Sequence record: NC_070882.1
Length of the DNA stretch: 64,000 nucleotides
Reading direction: 5' to 3' (one strand)
The notes under the pieces were generated by a model, which made no database searches, had not been told where the DNA came from, and was given only the letters and a program-made list of their open reading frames with translations. This document shows, in pieces, positions 30,168 to 42,454 of this stretch (position 1 is its first letter; each line of letters opens with the position of its first letter). A program made the translations under genes and the position numbers.

Positions 30168-30950
30168 ATGAATATTGCTGAAAAAGTAAATGAGCTTATT
30201 AAGGAACTAGACAATAACAAATTTTATCTCATTCAGTTCAACCAACGAGTTGATGGAGAGTGCCAACATTTCTATCTTTGTGATGATCTGGCAGGAGCGA
30301 GGCTCGACCGAGACCATCGGAAAGCAACTCTGTTTAACCCGGTAAAAGATGATATTAGTCTCTTCATTAACCTTGGATACTGTTTAGTAACGACTCGTAC
30401 TCATCAGAGTCTTATTAAGTCAGCCAATATGGATTACCCAGCCTGGGTTGGTGATTGGGACATAGAGCTAGCTCCCTGTATGGTCGAATATGATAATTCG
30501 CTCCGTTTAGGTTTCACCGTTAGTAAAGAGGGAGATGTTCAAGCCGGTTATGTTTTCCCACCCGTTCATGTGACGGAAGAGAAACCTATAATCGTTCATG
30601 ATAAGGAATCCATGGATTCCGTCGTTGTAGAACAGCTTAATGCTCGGGTGACTCCAGATTTCTTTGATGGATTCGATATTCTGTCTGTCCAAGATATCTT
30701 AACCTTGCTGCGTACTTTCAAATGGCAGAATGCTGATAAGGTTAAATGTGCTGGCCAACATGCAGTTCGACAAAAGAAAGATATGTTGATTTACGAATTC
30801 GGTATCAACGGAGTTATCCATATTGATATCTTGAATGAACTATACAGCGTTCTTAAAGAACAAGGTTGGACTGGTGCGTCTACTGCTGTATCTGGTATGG
30901 CCTCTGGTTCTTGGACCCGCCTCATGTTACATCGAAAGGTAGCTGTATGA
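30168..30950 (+). CDS. Hypothetical protein (C-terminus paralogous to 31393-31752)
   Basis: 260 aa, AAGGAG RBS. Confidence 0.7.
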   Translation: MNIAEKVNELIKELDNNKFYLIQFNQRVDGECQHFYLCDDLAGARLDRDHRKATLFNPVKDDISLFINLGYCLVTTRTHQSLIKSANMDYPAWVGDWDIELAPCMVEYDNSLRLGFTVSKEGDVQAGYVFPPVHVTEEKPIIVHDKESMDSVVVEQLNARVTPDFFDGFDILSVQDILTLLRTFKWQNADKVKCAGQHAVRQKKDMLIYEFGINGVIHIDILNELYSVLKEQGWTGASTAVSGMASGSWTRLMLHRKVAV

Positions 30951-31363
30951 GGAGAGTAAAATTCTATTCACGGTTAGCTGCACAGGCATTGACTGACGAA
31001 AGCTACATTATTTCTATTCGCTGTCCCGAACAAGACGTAAAATTTGTACGCGAACACAAAGCTGTATTGGTTCTTGTTTTCGATGATGTCGAAGATTATG
31101 TAGATAATCGTTATCAGATGTTTGACTACGTGCATGCTGATAAGATTCTTACATTCATCGATAAGATTCCGGATGGCGAAACGTTAATCGTTCACTGCGA
31201 GGCTGGCGTATCACGTAGTGCAGCTGTGGCTAAGTTCCTTCAAGGTATCGGTTGGGAAGTCAAGACCGATCGTTTTTGTAATGGTAAATTAGACATGGCT
31301 AATGGTCGAGTCTACGGTATGCTTCGTACTGTACATTATAGCCGTTCCAAAAATGAAGCTTAA
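30947..31363 (+). CDS. CX5R (PTP/dual-specificity) phosphatase
   Basis: VHCEAGVSRSAA P-loop and an upstream FDD motif; start overlaps the previous stop (ATGA). Confidence 0.8.
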   Translation: MRRVKFYSRLAAQALTDESYIISIRCPEQDVKFVREHKAVLVLVFDDVEDYVDNRYQMFDYVHADKILTFIDKIPDGETLIVHCEAGVSRSAAVAKFLQGIGWEVKTDRFCNGKLDMANGRVYGMLRTVHYSRSKNEA

Positions 31364-31392
31364 CGATATGTCTATTCAAAAGAAGGTGTAAC

Positions 31393-31752
31393 ATGGCATT
31401 CCCAACATTTGATGAACTTGTCGATATTATCAAAGCTGATGATGTTGACTCCGCAGCAGTCGTAGCTGCATTAGAAGCCGACATGGCAGATGCTGATAAA
31501 GTTAAAGCTGGTCATCGCATGGTCAATGGAACTAGTACTTTTCAGTTCCACGTCCTTGGTCACATTACTGATTCCGACGTAATTACCAAACTTATTAAAG
31601 ATCTGGGTAGCGCTGGTTTCATTATTAAAGACCTCAGTAGTATTACTGGTCGCATGCCATCTAATAGCCAGGACCGAATCTTCAATGTTGAGGGTGAAGG
31701 TAATTCCTCTACAAAGTGGTCTCGTCTGGTAGTCGCTAAGAAACCTGACTAA
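31393..31752 (+). CDS. Hypothetical protein
   Basis: 119 aa, GAAGG RBS, hairpin at 31759-31774 follows. Confidence 0.7.
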   Translation: MAFPTFDELVDIIKADDVDSAAVVAALEADMADADKVKAGHRMVNGTSTFQFHVLGHITDSDVITKLIKDLGSAGFIIKDLSSITGRMPSNSQDRIFNVEGEGNSSTKWSRLVVAKKPD

Positions 31753-31807
31753 CATACTGCTCCCTTCGGGGAGCTTTATGCCATCTCTCATTAAAAAGGA
31801 ACATCAA

Positions 31808-32908
31808 ATGAATTATCGTAATAGCAAACTTACGTTAGTCCAGCAGAAGTGGATTGATCGTTTTATCTCCATTGCTATGGAGGTTGATAATGGCCGTGCA
31901 ATTTCCAATGCATATCGCTATACTCTTAATGAACAGGGAATTAGTTCAGATAGTGAAGATCTACGTATTCACTATCCTTTTGGAGTTGATAGAAAAGAAT
32001 TCATCAAAGAACAAATTTACAAACTATGTGATGAAGTTATAAGCCCTTTAAATCTGAAAGCATTCAGAATTAGTGGTGGTTTTGCATTACTAGATGATGA
32101 AGGAATCATTGGTTTCCTAATGAATGGAATGGAAGGTACCACTAGTCAGAACTTTAGATTATACTCCAATGAAGAACTGATCAAAGTATTTAAATTACGT
32201 TTTGAAGAAGTATTTGATCAGACTCGTCCACCTAGTATTAAAAGAATTCGGGTTAACTATCAAAATAATGAACTATATAGCTTTAGTGAAGTTATTTCTG
32301 TTCGTAACTACAATCCAAATATGATGGAAATGTATCCATTCCTAGATCGATCTCCAGCTGAAATCTGGACTGAATTCGCTGCATCTGAATCTAATGTTCT
32401 ACTATTGATTGGTCCTCCTGGTACTGGTAAGTCTAATTATATCAATGAGATTATTCGGGCTCGTGGTTATAATGATCGTAATGTGTATCTAGCTGATCAA
32501 GATGATGTACTTGGCCACGCCGGTTTGACTAATTTTATTCGTGGTGTTGAGGATAATTCACTCATTATTACAGAAGACTCTGATAAAATGGTGGCTAAAC
32601 GTGTAGATGGTAATAGTAATATGTCAGGGCTATTAAATGCTACAGCTGGTCTTGTGTCTACCAAAACCAAGATCATCATCTCTACTAACCTCCCAACTCT
32701 TCGTGATGTTGACGAGGCTCTGGTTCGTCCTGGACGTGCTTTCGATATCCTCACCTTTAAGACTCTTACGGCTGAACAAGCGAACGATGCTCGTATTGCT
32801 AACGGTCTTGAACCTGTGGATTTCGTTGGTAATAACTTCACTCTGGCTGAAGCATTGAACACTGATGCAGCTAGTTCTCCCCGTAAAGCAAACCGTATTG
32901 GTTTCTAA
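31808..32908 (+). CDS. AAA+ ATPase
   Basis: GPPGTGKS Walker A, IITEDSD Walker B, IIISTN sensor, ALVRPGRAFD; AAGGA RBS before ATG 31808. Confidence 0.85.
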   Translation: MNYRNSKLTLVQQKWIDRFISIAMEVDNGRAISNAYRYTLNEQGISSDSEDLRIHYPFGVDRKEFIKEQIYKLCDEVISPLNLKAFRISGGFALLDDEGIIGFLMNGMEGTTSQNFRLYSNEELIKVFKLRFEEVFDQTRPPSIKRIRVNYQNNELYSFSEVISVRNYNPNMMEMYPFLDRSPAEIWTEFAASESNVLLLIGPPGTGKSNYINEIIRARGYNDRNVYLADQDDVLGHAGLTNFIRGVEDNSLIITEDSDKMVAKRVDGNSNMSGLLNATAGLVSTKTKIIISTNLPTLRDVDEALVRPGRAFDILTFKTLTAEQANDARIANGLEPVDFVGNNFTLAEALNTDAASSPRKANRIGF

Positions 32909-32917
32909 GGAAAAAGA

Positions 32918-33382
32918 ATGGCACATTCAGAAGCGTTTGAAGACGCTTGGGATCAAGTGAAAGCAGCGGTAGGTGCTGTCCCTATCGAACATCGAATAAA
33001 GATCATTGAAGCAGCTGTACGCAAACATAAAGAAACTCTCCGTGAGCGCTGCTGGATCGAAGATGATGAAGATGGTTTCACTGGATGGCGTTGGGATAAG
33101 TATAATAAGACCCGCTACATCGTCTGTGCAGCTAACCGTTACAAAGATTACATTGTAACGGGTTCTCGTCATTACTGTGTTTCCATGAACGCGCAAATCG
33201 ATCTTATCGGTATGGACGCACTCAGGGCTTATGCAGTAGATGACTATGAACAAGGCTTCATTGATCAATACGGTGTCTTCTGGTCTAGAAGTGATGCACT
33301 GGAGCACGTGAAGAAAACTGGCCAGTTGCGTTACCCTGAACATTGCACACGAGATGAGCTTTTCTCGGAAGGTTTGTACTAA
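32918..33382 (+). CDS. Conserved phage hypothetical protein
   Basis: IVCAANRY...GSRH...EQGFIDQYGVFWSRSDA pattern typical of a widespread phage family. Confidence 0.7.
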   Translation: MAHSEAFEDAWDQVKAAVGAVPIEHRIKIIEAAVRKHKETLRERCWIEDDEDGFTGWRWDKYNKTRYIVCAANRYKDYIVTGSRHYCVSMNAQIDLIGMDALRAYAVDDYEQGFIDQYGVFWSRSDALEHVKKTGQLRYPEHCTRDELFSEGLY

Positions 33383-33696
33383 TGCTCGTTGAAACTATCG
33401 ACCTTATAGAAATCGTAAAGTCTTCTAATAAGAAAACCGTTGAATTGCGTGATGCAATCGTAGGAGTACTGCGTGATCTACTCTATGAAACCTCTAGCCT
33501 TAGAACTCGACTTAGATGCCAGTCAAAGAGAGAGGCTCCTTGGGTTCGTAAATACATTGCTAAGCGTACTGCATACAGACATCGACCTTTCCATTTGTCT
33601 GTACAGAGGAAAAACGGAATTACAGTTAGAGGCAGTTCGTACCAACGTCGCTACATTGAAGGAACACTTCCGTTCCGCACTAGAAGGGGCTACTAA
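33382..33696 (+). CDS. Hypothetical protein
   Basis: TAATG overlaps at both ends; a competing frame exists (33473-33754). Confidence 0.5.
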   Translation: MLVETIDLIEIVKSSNKKTVELRDAIVGVLRDLLYETSSLRTRLRCQSKREAPWVRKYIAKRTAYRHRPFHLSVQRKNGITVRGSSYQRRYIEGTLPFRTRRGY

Positions 33697-34118
33697 TGTC
33701 GAAAAAGAAACAACGTCAACTCGTTACTGTCACCCTCAATGGCTTGGGTATTGAGCTTAAAGATGTAGAGCTCAAAAACATTGGTCGTGGTAAAGGTGAC
33801 ATGTTCGCCCATCTGGAAGAACGTAACGATCGCTGGACCATCATGCATAGCGATAGCCCTGTTCTGAATGAGATGGGTGATGAACTCACTATCGAATTCA
33901 AACGAGCTGGAGACTTCTTGTTCCTTGAGGCTATCAATCCTGCTGGTCAGGGTTATGGGTTCGCTGTAACCATGGCGGCTAAGATCGTGGTAGCTGGCGC
34001 ACCTAAGTTCTTGCGCATTGATCAGCTGCCTGACGGATTCGAATACCGTATGAACTGGAGTGGGAACTTCTTTGATGAATCCCACTGTATTCAATCGATC
34101 GTAATTAAAAAGCAGTGA
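33696..34118 (+). CDS. Hypothetical protein
   Basis: 140 aa, GAAGGGG RBS, phage-like codon usage. Confidence 0.7.
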   Translation: MSKKKQRQLVTVTLNGLGIELKDVELKNIGRGKGDMFAHLEERNDRWTIMHSDSPVLNEMGDELTIEFKRAGDFLFLEAINPAGQGYGFAVTMAAKIVVAGAPKFLRIDQLPDGFEYRMNWSGNFFDESHCIQSIVIKKQ

Positions 34119-34189
34119 GGTCTTAACATGCCTATCTACAACCAAGTGTTTCCTGGCTTTATTAACATAGAGCCAAAGGAGGCACTCTC

Positions 34190-34351
34190 ATGTCGCGTAG
34201 CAATCATTCCAAACACCAGCAGTCCAAAGAGTTCTGGAGCCGTCGTCCAATGCGCTATTTCACTTCCTGTAAATGGGCTAAAGTGAAATGCCATCGGATC
34301 GAACGAGCACAAGCCCGTGATCTGGTTAGGAAAGAAGTGGACAAGCTGTAA
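34190..34351 (+). CDS. Small basic protein (53 aa, not in ORF track)
   Basis: AAGGAGG RBS; MSRSNHSKHQQSKEFWSRRPMRYFTSCKWAKVKCHRIERAQARDLVRKEVDKL; hairpin at 34360-34375 follows. Confidence 0.65.
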   Translation: MSRSNHSKHQQSKEFWSRRPMRYFTSCKWAKVKCHRIERAQARDLVRKEVDKL

Positions 34352-34401
34352 CTAGAAAAGGGAGCTTCGGCTCCCCTTTTTATTTCTTTTTGGAAATAGC
34401 G

Positions 34402-35139
34402 ATGAACCCATTGATCTTATTCTCGGGTGGATTAGATTCCACTTACATGCTTCAGCAGTATCTTCAAAAAGGTTCGGTGGATGTCATGTACATCAATGCT
34501 GGTCAAGACGAAGAAAAGATGAAGTTAGAACTCAGGCAACGACAAGTAATCCTTGAAAAGTTTTCTGAGTTCTACCCTTACAAAGTACAAGCGCAATATG
34601 AACGTCTGAAAAGTACCCAGTTACAAGGTGATAATACCAAATGGTCACAGGTTGCACCGTGGTTGTTTGGGGCGCTGGCTATAGCTGATTCGGCTCGACA
34701 TAGCAAGTTGATGATAGGGTATGTCAGTGATGATGGTGCCTACTTCGGATCACATTTACGGTACATCGAAGACGCTTGGTATAATCTACAAAAGGTATCT
34801 TGCGTTAATGATCCTATTCCAATTGAGTTCCCTTTACTCGGCATGACGAAGGTCGATATTCTTCGTGATCTAGATAAGAGAGTACTGAACGACATTTGGA
34901 TATGTGAGACACCTACTAATGAAAAACATTGTGGCAAATGTAAGCCGTGTATAACCATGACTCGTGTTCTTAGCGATTACAAAATTCGACATAAGGAAAC
35001 TGTATTTGCTACAGCTCGCAGAGCACTGATTCCACATAAGTTTCCAGTGGATAGATACCCAGGTCCGATGGATAAAGATCACAACCATTATGTCTTTAAC
35101 ATGGCTGGCCCAGATTACTACAAAATCCCGAGGCATTGA
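34402..35139 (+). CDS. queC: QueC-like PP-loop ATPase
   Basis: LILFSGGLDST PP-loop and the C-x8-C-x2-C-x2-C zinc motif (CETPTNEKHCGKCKPC). Confidence 0.75.
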   Translation: MNPLILFSGGLDSTYMLQQYLQKGSVDVMYINAGQDEEKMKLELRQRQVILEKFSEFYPYKVQAQYERLKSTQLQGDNTKWSQVAPWLFGALAIADSARHSKLMIGYVSDDGAYFGSHLRYIEDAWYNLQKVSCVNDPIPIEFPLLGMTKVDILRDLDKRVLNDIWICETPTNEKHCGKCKPCITMTRVLSDYKIRHKETVFATARRALIPHKFPVDRYPGPMDKDHNHYVFNMAGPDYYKIPRH

Positions 35140-35140
35140 A

Positions 35141-35617
35141 ATGACAGACAAGAACAAAGACGAATCCATTATTGTACTTAGTACGAATGCATTCGAAGAA
35201 CTGATGGCGTATGCGAGGATCGGCTGTGAAGAAGCTGGCTGCCCTGAGAAAGCAAACTCTCTGCACAAGCATGCACGTAAGCGCAACACTTGGTTGCGTG
35301 ATAAACACATGCAAGATACTCAAGAGGCTCGTCGTAACTATGCTAACCTGAAACAACAGGTCAAGCAGTTTGTTGGTGCTCATGGCGGCACTACTGTTTA
35401 CATGCGTTATGACGAGTTCGTCGTTATCCCGGTTAAGGTACTTGCTGTCTATCTTCCCAACCGAGTTAAGATCCGTGTCAAAGAACATGGTTTCAATGGC
35501 GGCGAGAAATTGGTTGATCTGAGCCAATTGACTATCGCCAAACCGGCAGGCACATGGACACCGATGGAACTTGCCCAGCTTCAATGGGATTCATCGAAGA
35601 GTCGCTATCGTGGCTAG
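35141..35617 (+). CDS. Hypothetical protein
   Basis: Start MTDKNK just after the queC stop. Confidence 0.65.
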   Translation: MTDKNKDESIIVLSTNAFEELMAYARIGCEEAGCPEKANSLHKHARKRNTWLRDKHMQDTQEARRNYANLKQQVKQFVGAHGGTTVYMRYDEFVVIPVKVLAVYLPNRVKIRVKEHGFNGGEKLVDLSQLTIAKPAGTWTPMELAQLQWDSSKSRYRG

Positions 35618-36263
35618 GGGATACATGGCAATCGTAGGTTCTCGTAACGTACCCGAATGGATCCTTGAGGTAATGATCCGTCTTGGTCGTACACTCACGG
35701 ACTACGGTTGGGCTATTAGCTCTGGCGACGCCTATGATTCTGATCGGGCTGGTTGGTATGGTGCAAAGCAGTCGCGTAAGTATGGTGAGGTAGGTGCTAG
35801 GATATATCTCGCTAGCGGTACAGGTAGAAGCTTCTATCGCATTCGTGATAATGCTTTCTTTATGGATGCATCCCAGTTTACCGATACATGGGCTACAGCT
35901 GAAAGTATGGCTGCTTGTGCTCGTGGTAGTTTTGGTGGGTTGAACGATTACGGTAAAGCTCTCCATACTCGGAACGTCTTCCAGATCCATGGTCATACTC
36001 TCGACGAGTTGGTCACTGGTATTTTCTATTATGCCGTCCCTAAGGGGAAGCGTGAGAATGAAGTGGTGAACGGTGGTACTAATACAGCAGTTCGCTTAAG
36101 TGTTAATGCTGGTGTTCCTATCCGTAAGAACCTGTACTACGATGATGACTTAAAATGGGTCATCAAGTTCCTAGATCAATACGAGCTTGATTATCCATAC
36201 GAGCCGATTGACTGGACAGCTATCCATCATCCACAAGACCCGAGGATACTTGATTTTGAATAA
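35610..36263 (+). CDS. SLOG/DprA-like nucleotide-binding protein
   Basis: AIVGSRNVP...SSGDAYDSDRA...GGTNTAV pattern; start uncertain (GTG 35610 or ATG 35625). Confidence 0.65.
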   Translation: MARGYMAIVGSRNVPEWILEVMIRLGRTLTDYGWAISSGDAYDSDRAGWYGAKQSRKYGEVGARIYLASGTGRSFYRIRDNAFFMDASQFTDTWATAESMAACARGSFGGLNDYGKALHTRNVFQIHGHTLDELVTGIFYYAVPKGKRENEVVNGGTNTAVRLSVNAGVPIRKNLYYDDDLKWVIKFLDQYELDYPYEPIDWTAIHHPQDPRILDFE

Positions 36264-36648
36264 ACAAATAAAAGGCGTCATATTCAAGAATTCCCCTATT
36301 GATCCGATTGAGTTTGGTAAACAACTCAAACGTAACACAGGGGAAACATACAAACTGGAAAAAATCAAAGGTACTCTGAATTCAGCTAATGCGTCAGTTC
36401 AATGGCATCATGTTCATCAACGTCCATTGGATGAACAGATGATTTTGGCTAATATCGAATTGACTATAATTGAAGAAATCTTACTAGGTAACGATGTAGA
36501 GGGTATGTATGAACGTTTGTTGCAACAAGCTATTTCGCTCGATGGGTCGGAACCGAAGAGCACTGTTTGTGGATGCTTCTCTTGTAGAAACGTTATCTTC
36601 GGAAAAAGAGCTCCCACCTATCAATTGGAGAAAAGCCGTGACAATTAA
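36187..36648 (+). CDS. Hypothetical protein
   Basis: ORF with a C-terminal CGCFSC; the true start is probably downstream of 36187. Confidence 0.5.
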   Translation: MIIHTSRLTGQLSIIHKTRGYLILNKQIKGVIFKNSPIDPIEFGKQLKRNTGETYKLEKIKGTLNSANASVQWHHVHQRPLDEQMILANIELTIIEEILLGNDVEGMYERLLQQAISLDGSEPKSTVCGCFSCRNVIFGKRAPTYQLEKSRDN

Positions 36649-36817
36649 AGCATCTGAGGATTGGGTTCGTCGGAAACTCAAACTGTCAATGAAAGGAGAT
36701 GAAAATCCAATCATTGAACTCGCTGAGAAATATGAATTCCGTAAAGCAGAGTTTAATCCGGACCACCTTAAGAAACATTACTTTACCACTAACGGAGATT
36801 CCCATGCAGCGCAATAA
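36638..36817 (+). CDS. Small hypothetical protein
   Basis: GTG start after GGAG, overlapping both neighbours. Confidence 0.45.
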   Translation: MTIKASEDWVRRKLKLSMKGDENPIIELAEKYEFRKAEFNPDHLKKHYFTTNGDSHAAQ

Positions 36818-37382
36818 TGATCCGCAACAAATTATCATGTCCATCGAAGCATACAACAATCTTGTTGCTATGGCCGATACCTCGCCGCGTTATAGCACCA
36901 AACTGATTCGACGACATGTTCGAAAGATGAATCCTTTCCTGCAACCAGCACATCAGAAAGCGGTTAGAGAAGCGGAGATTATCCGCACGAAACGTATTAG
37001 GGAAGCACGGGCTTTCTTTGAAGCTAATCATGGCAAACTTCTTTACGCTGAAGTGGACTTGGGTAGTCTTAAGCAAGGTGATGATCCCGTTTACTTCCCG
37101 TGCGTATCGGAACGTATTGACACCAACCGTCAGCTCATCCGTATCCACCATGTTCTTGAAACTGGTAAGGCTATTCGCACCCGTAAAGTAACTGCCAATA
37201 GTCTGACTACTGTTCTCCCGGAAGGTTATATTCAAGGCGTCATGCAGTTCCGTGAATACATGGTAAAAGAGAATGGTCCGTATGACCTGCGTAAACAAGA
37301 GCAAGATCGTGCAGCTGCTCTGAAGCAATATGTCGCAACTCTGACCGATAAATCAGACGAAGAGACTCTGGTAGAGCGTTGA
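36804..37382 (+). CDS. Hypothetical protein
   Basis: ATG 36804 after GGAG; 192 aa. Confidence 0.65.
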   Translation: MQRNNDPQQIIMSIEAYNNLVAMADTSPRYSTKLIRRHVRKMNPFLQPAHQKAVREAEIIRTKRIREARAFFEANHGKLLYAEVDLGSLKQGDDPVYFPCVSERIDTNRQLIRIHHVLETGKAIRTRKVTANSLTTVLPEGYIQGVMQFREYMVKENGPYDLRKQEQDRAAALKQYVATLTDKSDEETLVER

Positions 37383-37430
37383 TTTACTGACCATGTTAAT
37401 AGTGTACGTCTCCAACAGGTAAATTAAAAA

Positions 37431-38075
37431 ATGACAGTTCTCTCTGATAAAACAATTCGTGAATACTGCGAAGGCACAATGGTCGGTGCACATGGTCCAA
37501 TGATAGAACCATTTCACGGTTCGTCAGTGAAAGAAGATAGTCATGGAAAGCGTATCGCTTCCTATGGTCTGTCCTCTGGGGGTTATGATCTTCGAGCTGG
37601 TACTGAGTTTAAAGTATTCAAGCCTCTACCTAAGTTCACTCTTTGGCAACGTTTCAAAGCCTGGGTAACAGGTAAAGAACTTGAACACCCTGTACTGGAT
37701 TACAAGAACATCAGCGCTGATCTGTTTGATACAGTCTACGGTGATAAAGTTGTAGTTCCCCCAGGTGGTTTCCTTCTGACTCATTCGAAAGAGTATGTTC
37801 GAATGCCTCGGAATGTAATCGCAATGTGTATTGGTAAATCTACCATCGCGCGAGCTGGTTGGAACTGTCTGTGTACTCCGATCGAGCCAGGTTGGGAAGG
37901 ACATATCACGTTCGAGTTCCAGAACACTACTAATCGCCCTAACGTGTTCTATGCACATGAAGGTGTTTTGCAACTGGTGTTCCATGATCTCGATCAAGAT
38001 TGTGAAACTTCCTATGCAGATCGTGGTGGTAAATACATGAAACAGGCAGATAAGGTTATTCTGCCTCGGGTATAA
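37431..38075 (+). CDS. dcd: dCTP deaminase
   Basis: SSGGYDLR, GKSTIARAG, PIEPGWEGHITFE, QLVF motifs. Confidence 0.9.
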   Translation: MTVLSDKTIREYCEGTMVGAHGPMIEPFHGSSVKEDSHGKRIASYGLSSGGYDLRAGTEFKVFKPLPKFTLWQRFKAWVTGKELEHPVLDYKNISADLFDTVYGDKVVVPPGGFLLTHSKEYVRMPRNVIAMCIGKSTIARAGWNCLCTPIEPGWEGHITFEFQNTTNRPNVFYAHEGVLQLVFHDLDQDCETSYADRGGKYMKQADKVILPRV

Positions 38076-38118
38076 TTTATTAAGGTGGTTTGGTTTACAT
38101 TTAAGCCTTTTTAAAGGC

Positions 38119-38126
38119 TATATTAC
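38119..38126 (+). promoter_or_regulatory. Candidate early promoter core
   Basis: Exact TATATTAC about 40 nt upstream of 38165. Confidence 0.5.
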
Positions 38127-38164
38127 AAATGTGAACTACAAACCACCAATAGGAGAATACAAGC

Positions 38165-38632
38165 ATGGCACGCGTTAAATTCAACTCGCTTAAAGACCTT
38201 ATTGCTGCTCAAGGTCCTATTGCAACTGTACCGGCACCCAAGAAAGAAAAGAAGAAGGCAGAGCCTGTAGCTGTACCTAAAACTGCTCTTCCGATGCCTA
38301 CAGTACCTAAGCGAGTGAAGAACAAGAAGAAGGATCCGGTACATCGTCCTGCACCTGAAAAGGAAATTCGCTACGCCCAAGTAACGGATTTCCGCGTTAA
38401 ACCCGAGGGGCAGAAAGAGGTCTCCAAGCCGGACCAATCTGGTTTGTCTGAACTGGGTCACTTTAAAAATAAACTTGATTGTCTCGGTCTTGAACTGTTT
38501 GGTTGTGAAGTTCGCAAGAAGAAAGAATTCGCTGATGAGTTCTTTAATGATGCAACTGAGACACCGACTCAACGGGCAATGATCAAAGAGTTCCAAGATC
38601 TCTATGATTCTAAGTTCCGTGTAAAGGTTTAA
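38165..38632 (+). CDS. Lys/Pro-rich hypothetical protein
   Basis: 155 aa, AGGAG RBS; strong hairpin GCTCCTACC-TTCG-GGTAGGAGC (38641-38662) follows. Confidence 0.75.
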   Translation: MARVKFNSLKDLIAAQGPIATVPAPKKEKKKAEPVAVPKTALPMPTVPKRVKNKKKDPVHRPAPEKEIRYAQVTDFRVKPEGQKEVSKPDQSGLSELGHFKNKLDCLGLELFGCEVRKKKEFADEFFNDATETPTQRAMIKEFQDLYDSKFRVKV

Positions 38633-38675
38633 AACATAGTGCTCCTACCTTCGGGTAGGAGCATTTGCTTTCTTT

Positions 38676-38700
38676 TTATTTTTTCTCAGATCTACATTAT
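38676..38700 (+). promoter_or_regulatory. Candidate early promoter (variant)
   Basis: TCTCAGATCTACATTAT aligns with the other copies. Confidence 0.45.
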
Positions 38701-38723
38701 CAAAATGTATAACTATCGGAGAT

Positions 38724-41319
<2,596 letters not shown>

Positions 41320-41337
41320 TTATCCTAGGAGATTACA

Positions 41338-41589
41338 ATGTTCGCGTCTATCAAAGAATGGTTCCGTAACCATGTTCGTTCTATCCGGATTGCCAAGCTG
41401 GAAGAAAAACACCGTAAAGATGTTAAGGCTTTCCTTGACAAGATCGATAAATGGGGTCTGACTGTACGTAAAGGTCGTGTAGTTGGGAATGCTAAAGATA
41501 TCGGCATTTCTAATGACGCCCGTGTAGTACTTGAGGTTGAATATAAGACCATCGTATGGGAACATCAGCAAGCGTTGAAATCGCTGTAA
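41338..41589 (+). CDS. Small hypothetical protein
   Basis: 83 aa, AGGAG RBS. Confidence 0.7.
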   Translation: MFASIKEWFRNHVRSIRIAKLEEKHRKDVKAFLDKIDKWGLTVRKGRVVGNAKDIGISNDARVVLEVEYKTIVWEHQQALKSL

Positions 41590-41625
41590 GTTCCCCTTCC
41601 ATTAGGGTCGGTCGAGGTCTCAATA

Positions 41626-41835
41626 ATGAAAAAGCTGCGATTGGTTAAAGTAATAGCTAAACGGGTACTCTGGGTATTGGCTTTCATTACCCGAGTCCAG
41701 ATAGTTGACCCCATCGTGAAAGCAAAAGCCCGGCGTGCTGGATTCTATAGTAACCCTGTAGATCGTTCGTTGGAATGGAAACTTGCAGATGCGAACTTCC
41801 ATGCTGACTACAACCTTGCACGTGCAGTTAAATAA
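41626..41835 (+). CDS. Small hypothetical protein
   Basis: 69 aa, GAGG RBS, hairpin at 41839-41862 follows. Confidence 0.6.
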   Translation: MKKLRLVKVIAKRVLWVLAFITRVQIVDPIVKAKARRAGFYSNPVDRSLEWKLADANFHADYNLARAVK

Positions 41836-41879
41836 AAATAGCCTGTCCATCGGGACAGGCTATATTCCGTGAGGTCCTG

Positions 41880-42368
41880 ATGATTGGATTATTTAAGATG
41901 TGGCGGGGTTTCCGTCAAGTGCATTCACTACATCGTGAAGGTACACAAGCGATGTGGTTTAGACTACAAAGACTTGATCCTAAGCGGAAGTTGTTCAACC
42001 CTAATAAAATGAAAGAGTCTATTGCTCTGATTGACTTCTTGACTAATGTTAGTATTGGACTAGGTGATGAATTCACATGTTTCCTAATCGAGTCAATTGG
42101 AGATAATCGTAACTGCGACATTATTGCAAGAGAGCTCCGCGAATGGCATCGTAATACCGATGTATTGGCGAAGATTTTCTCGTTAGCCTATACGCAAGAA
42201 AATGCCGCAGCTCAAAGATATGCAATACTCTTAGCTAAAGAACTCTCGTCTTTTATGCCGGAAAATGTGTACCTATGGTATAGTCGAGTACGTTTTGCAG
42301 TTAGGAAACAATTGCATGAACTCGATAAGGGTAGACCAGAACCGTCACCCTGGGAAGCAAATTTGTAA
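41880..42368 (+). CDS. Hypothetical protein
   Basis: 162 aa, GAGG RBS. Confidence 0.6.
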   Translation: MIGLFKMWRGFRQVHSLHREGTQAMWFRLQRLDPKRKLFNPNKMKESIALIDFLTNVSIGLGDEFTCFLIESIGDNRNCDIIARELREWHRNTDVLAKIFSLAYTQENAAAQRYAILLAKELSSFMPENVYLWYSRVRFAVRKQLHELDKGRPEPSPWEANL

Positions 42369-42454
42369 GCAACACCCTCAAACCGAAATGGCATATTACT
42401 CCTTCCGGATAGGATGGGGTAATATGTTGTCTATGCTATTTAAAGGAAATAGGA

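Noticed and set aside
33473-33754. Programmed frameshift joining the 33382 ORF to the 33473 frame
   Set aside because: No clear slippery site or stimulator; the 33382-33696 frame has clean TAATG coupling at both ends. Unresolved without homologs.
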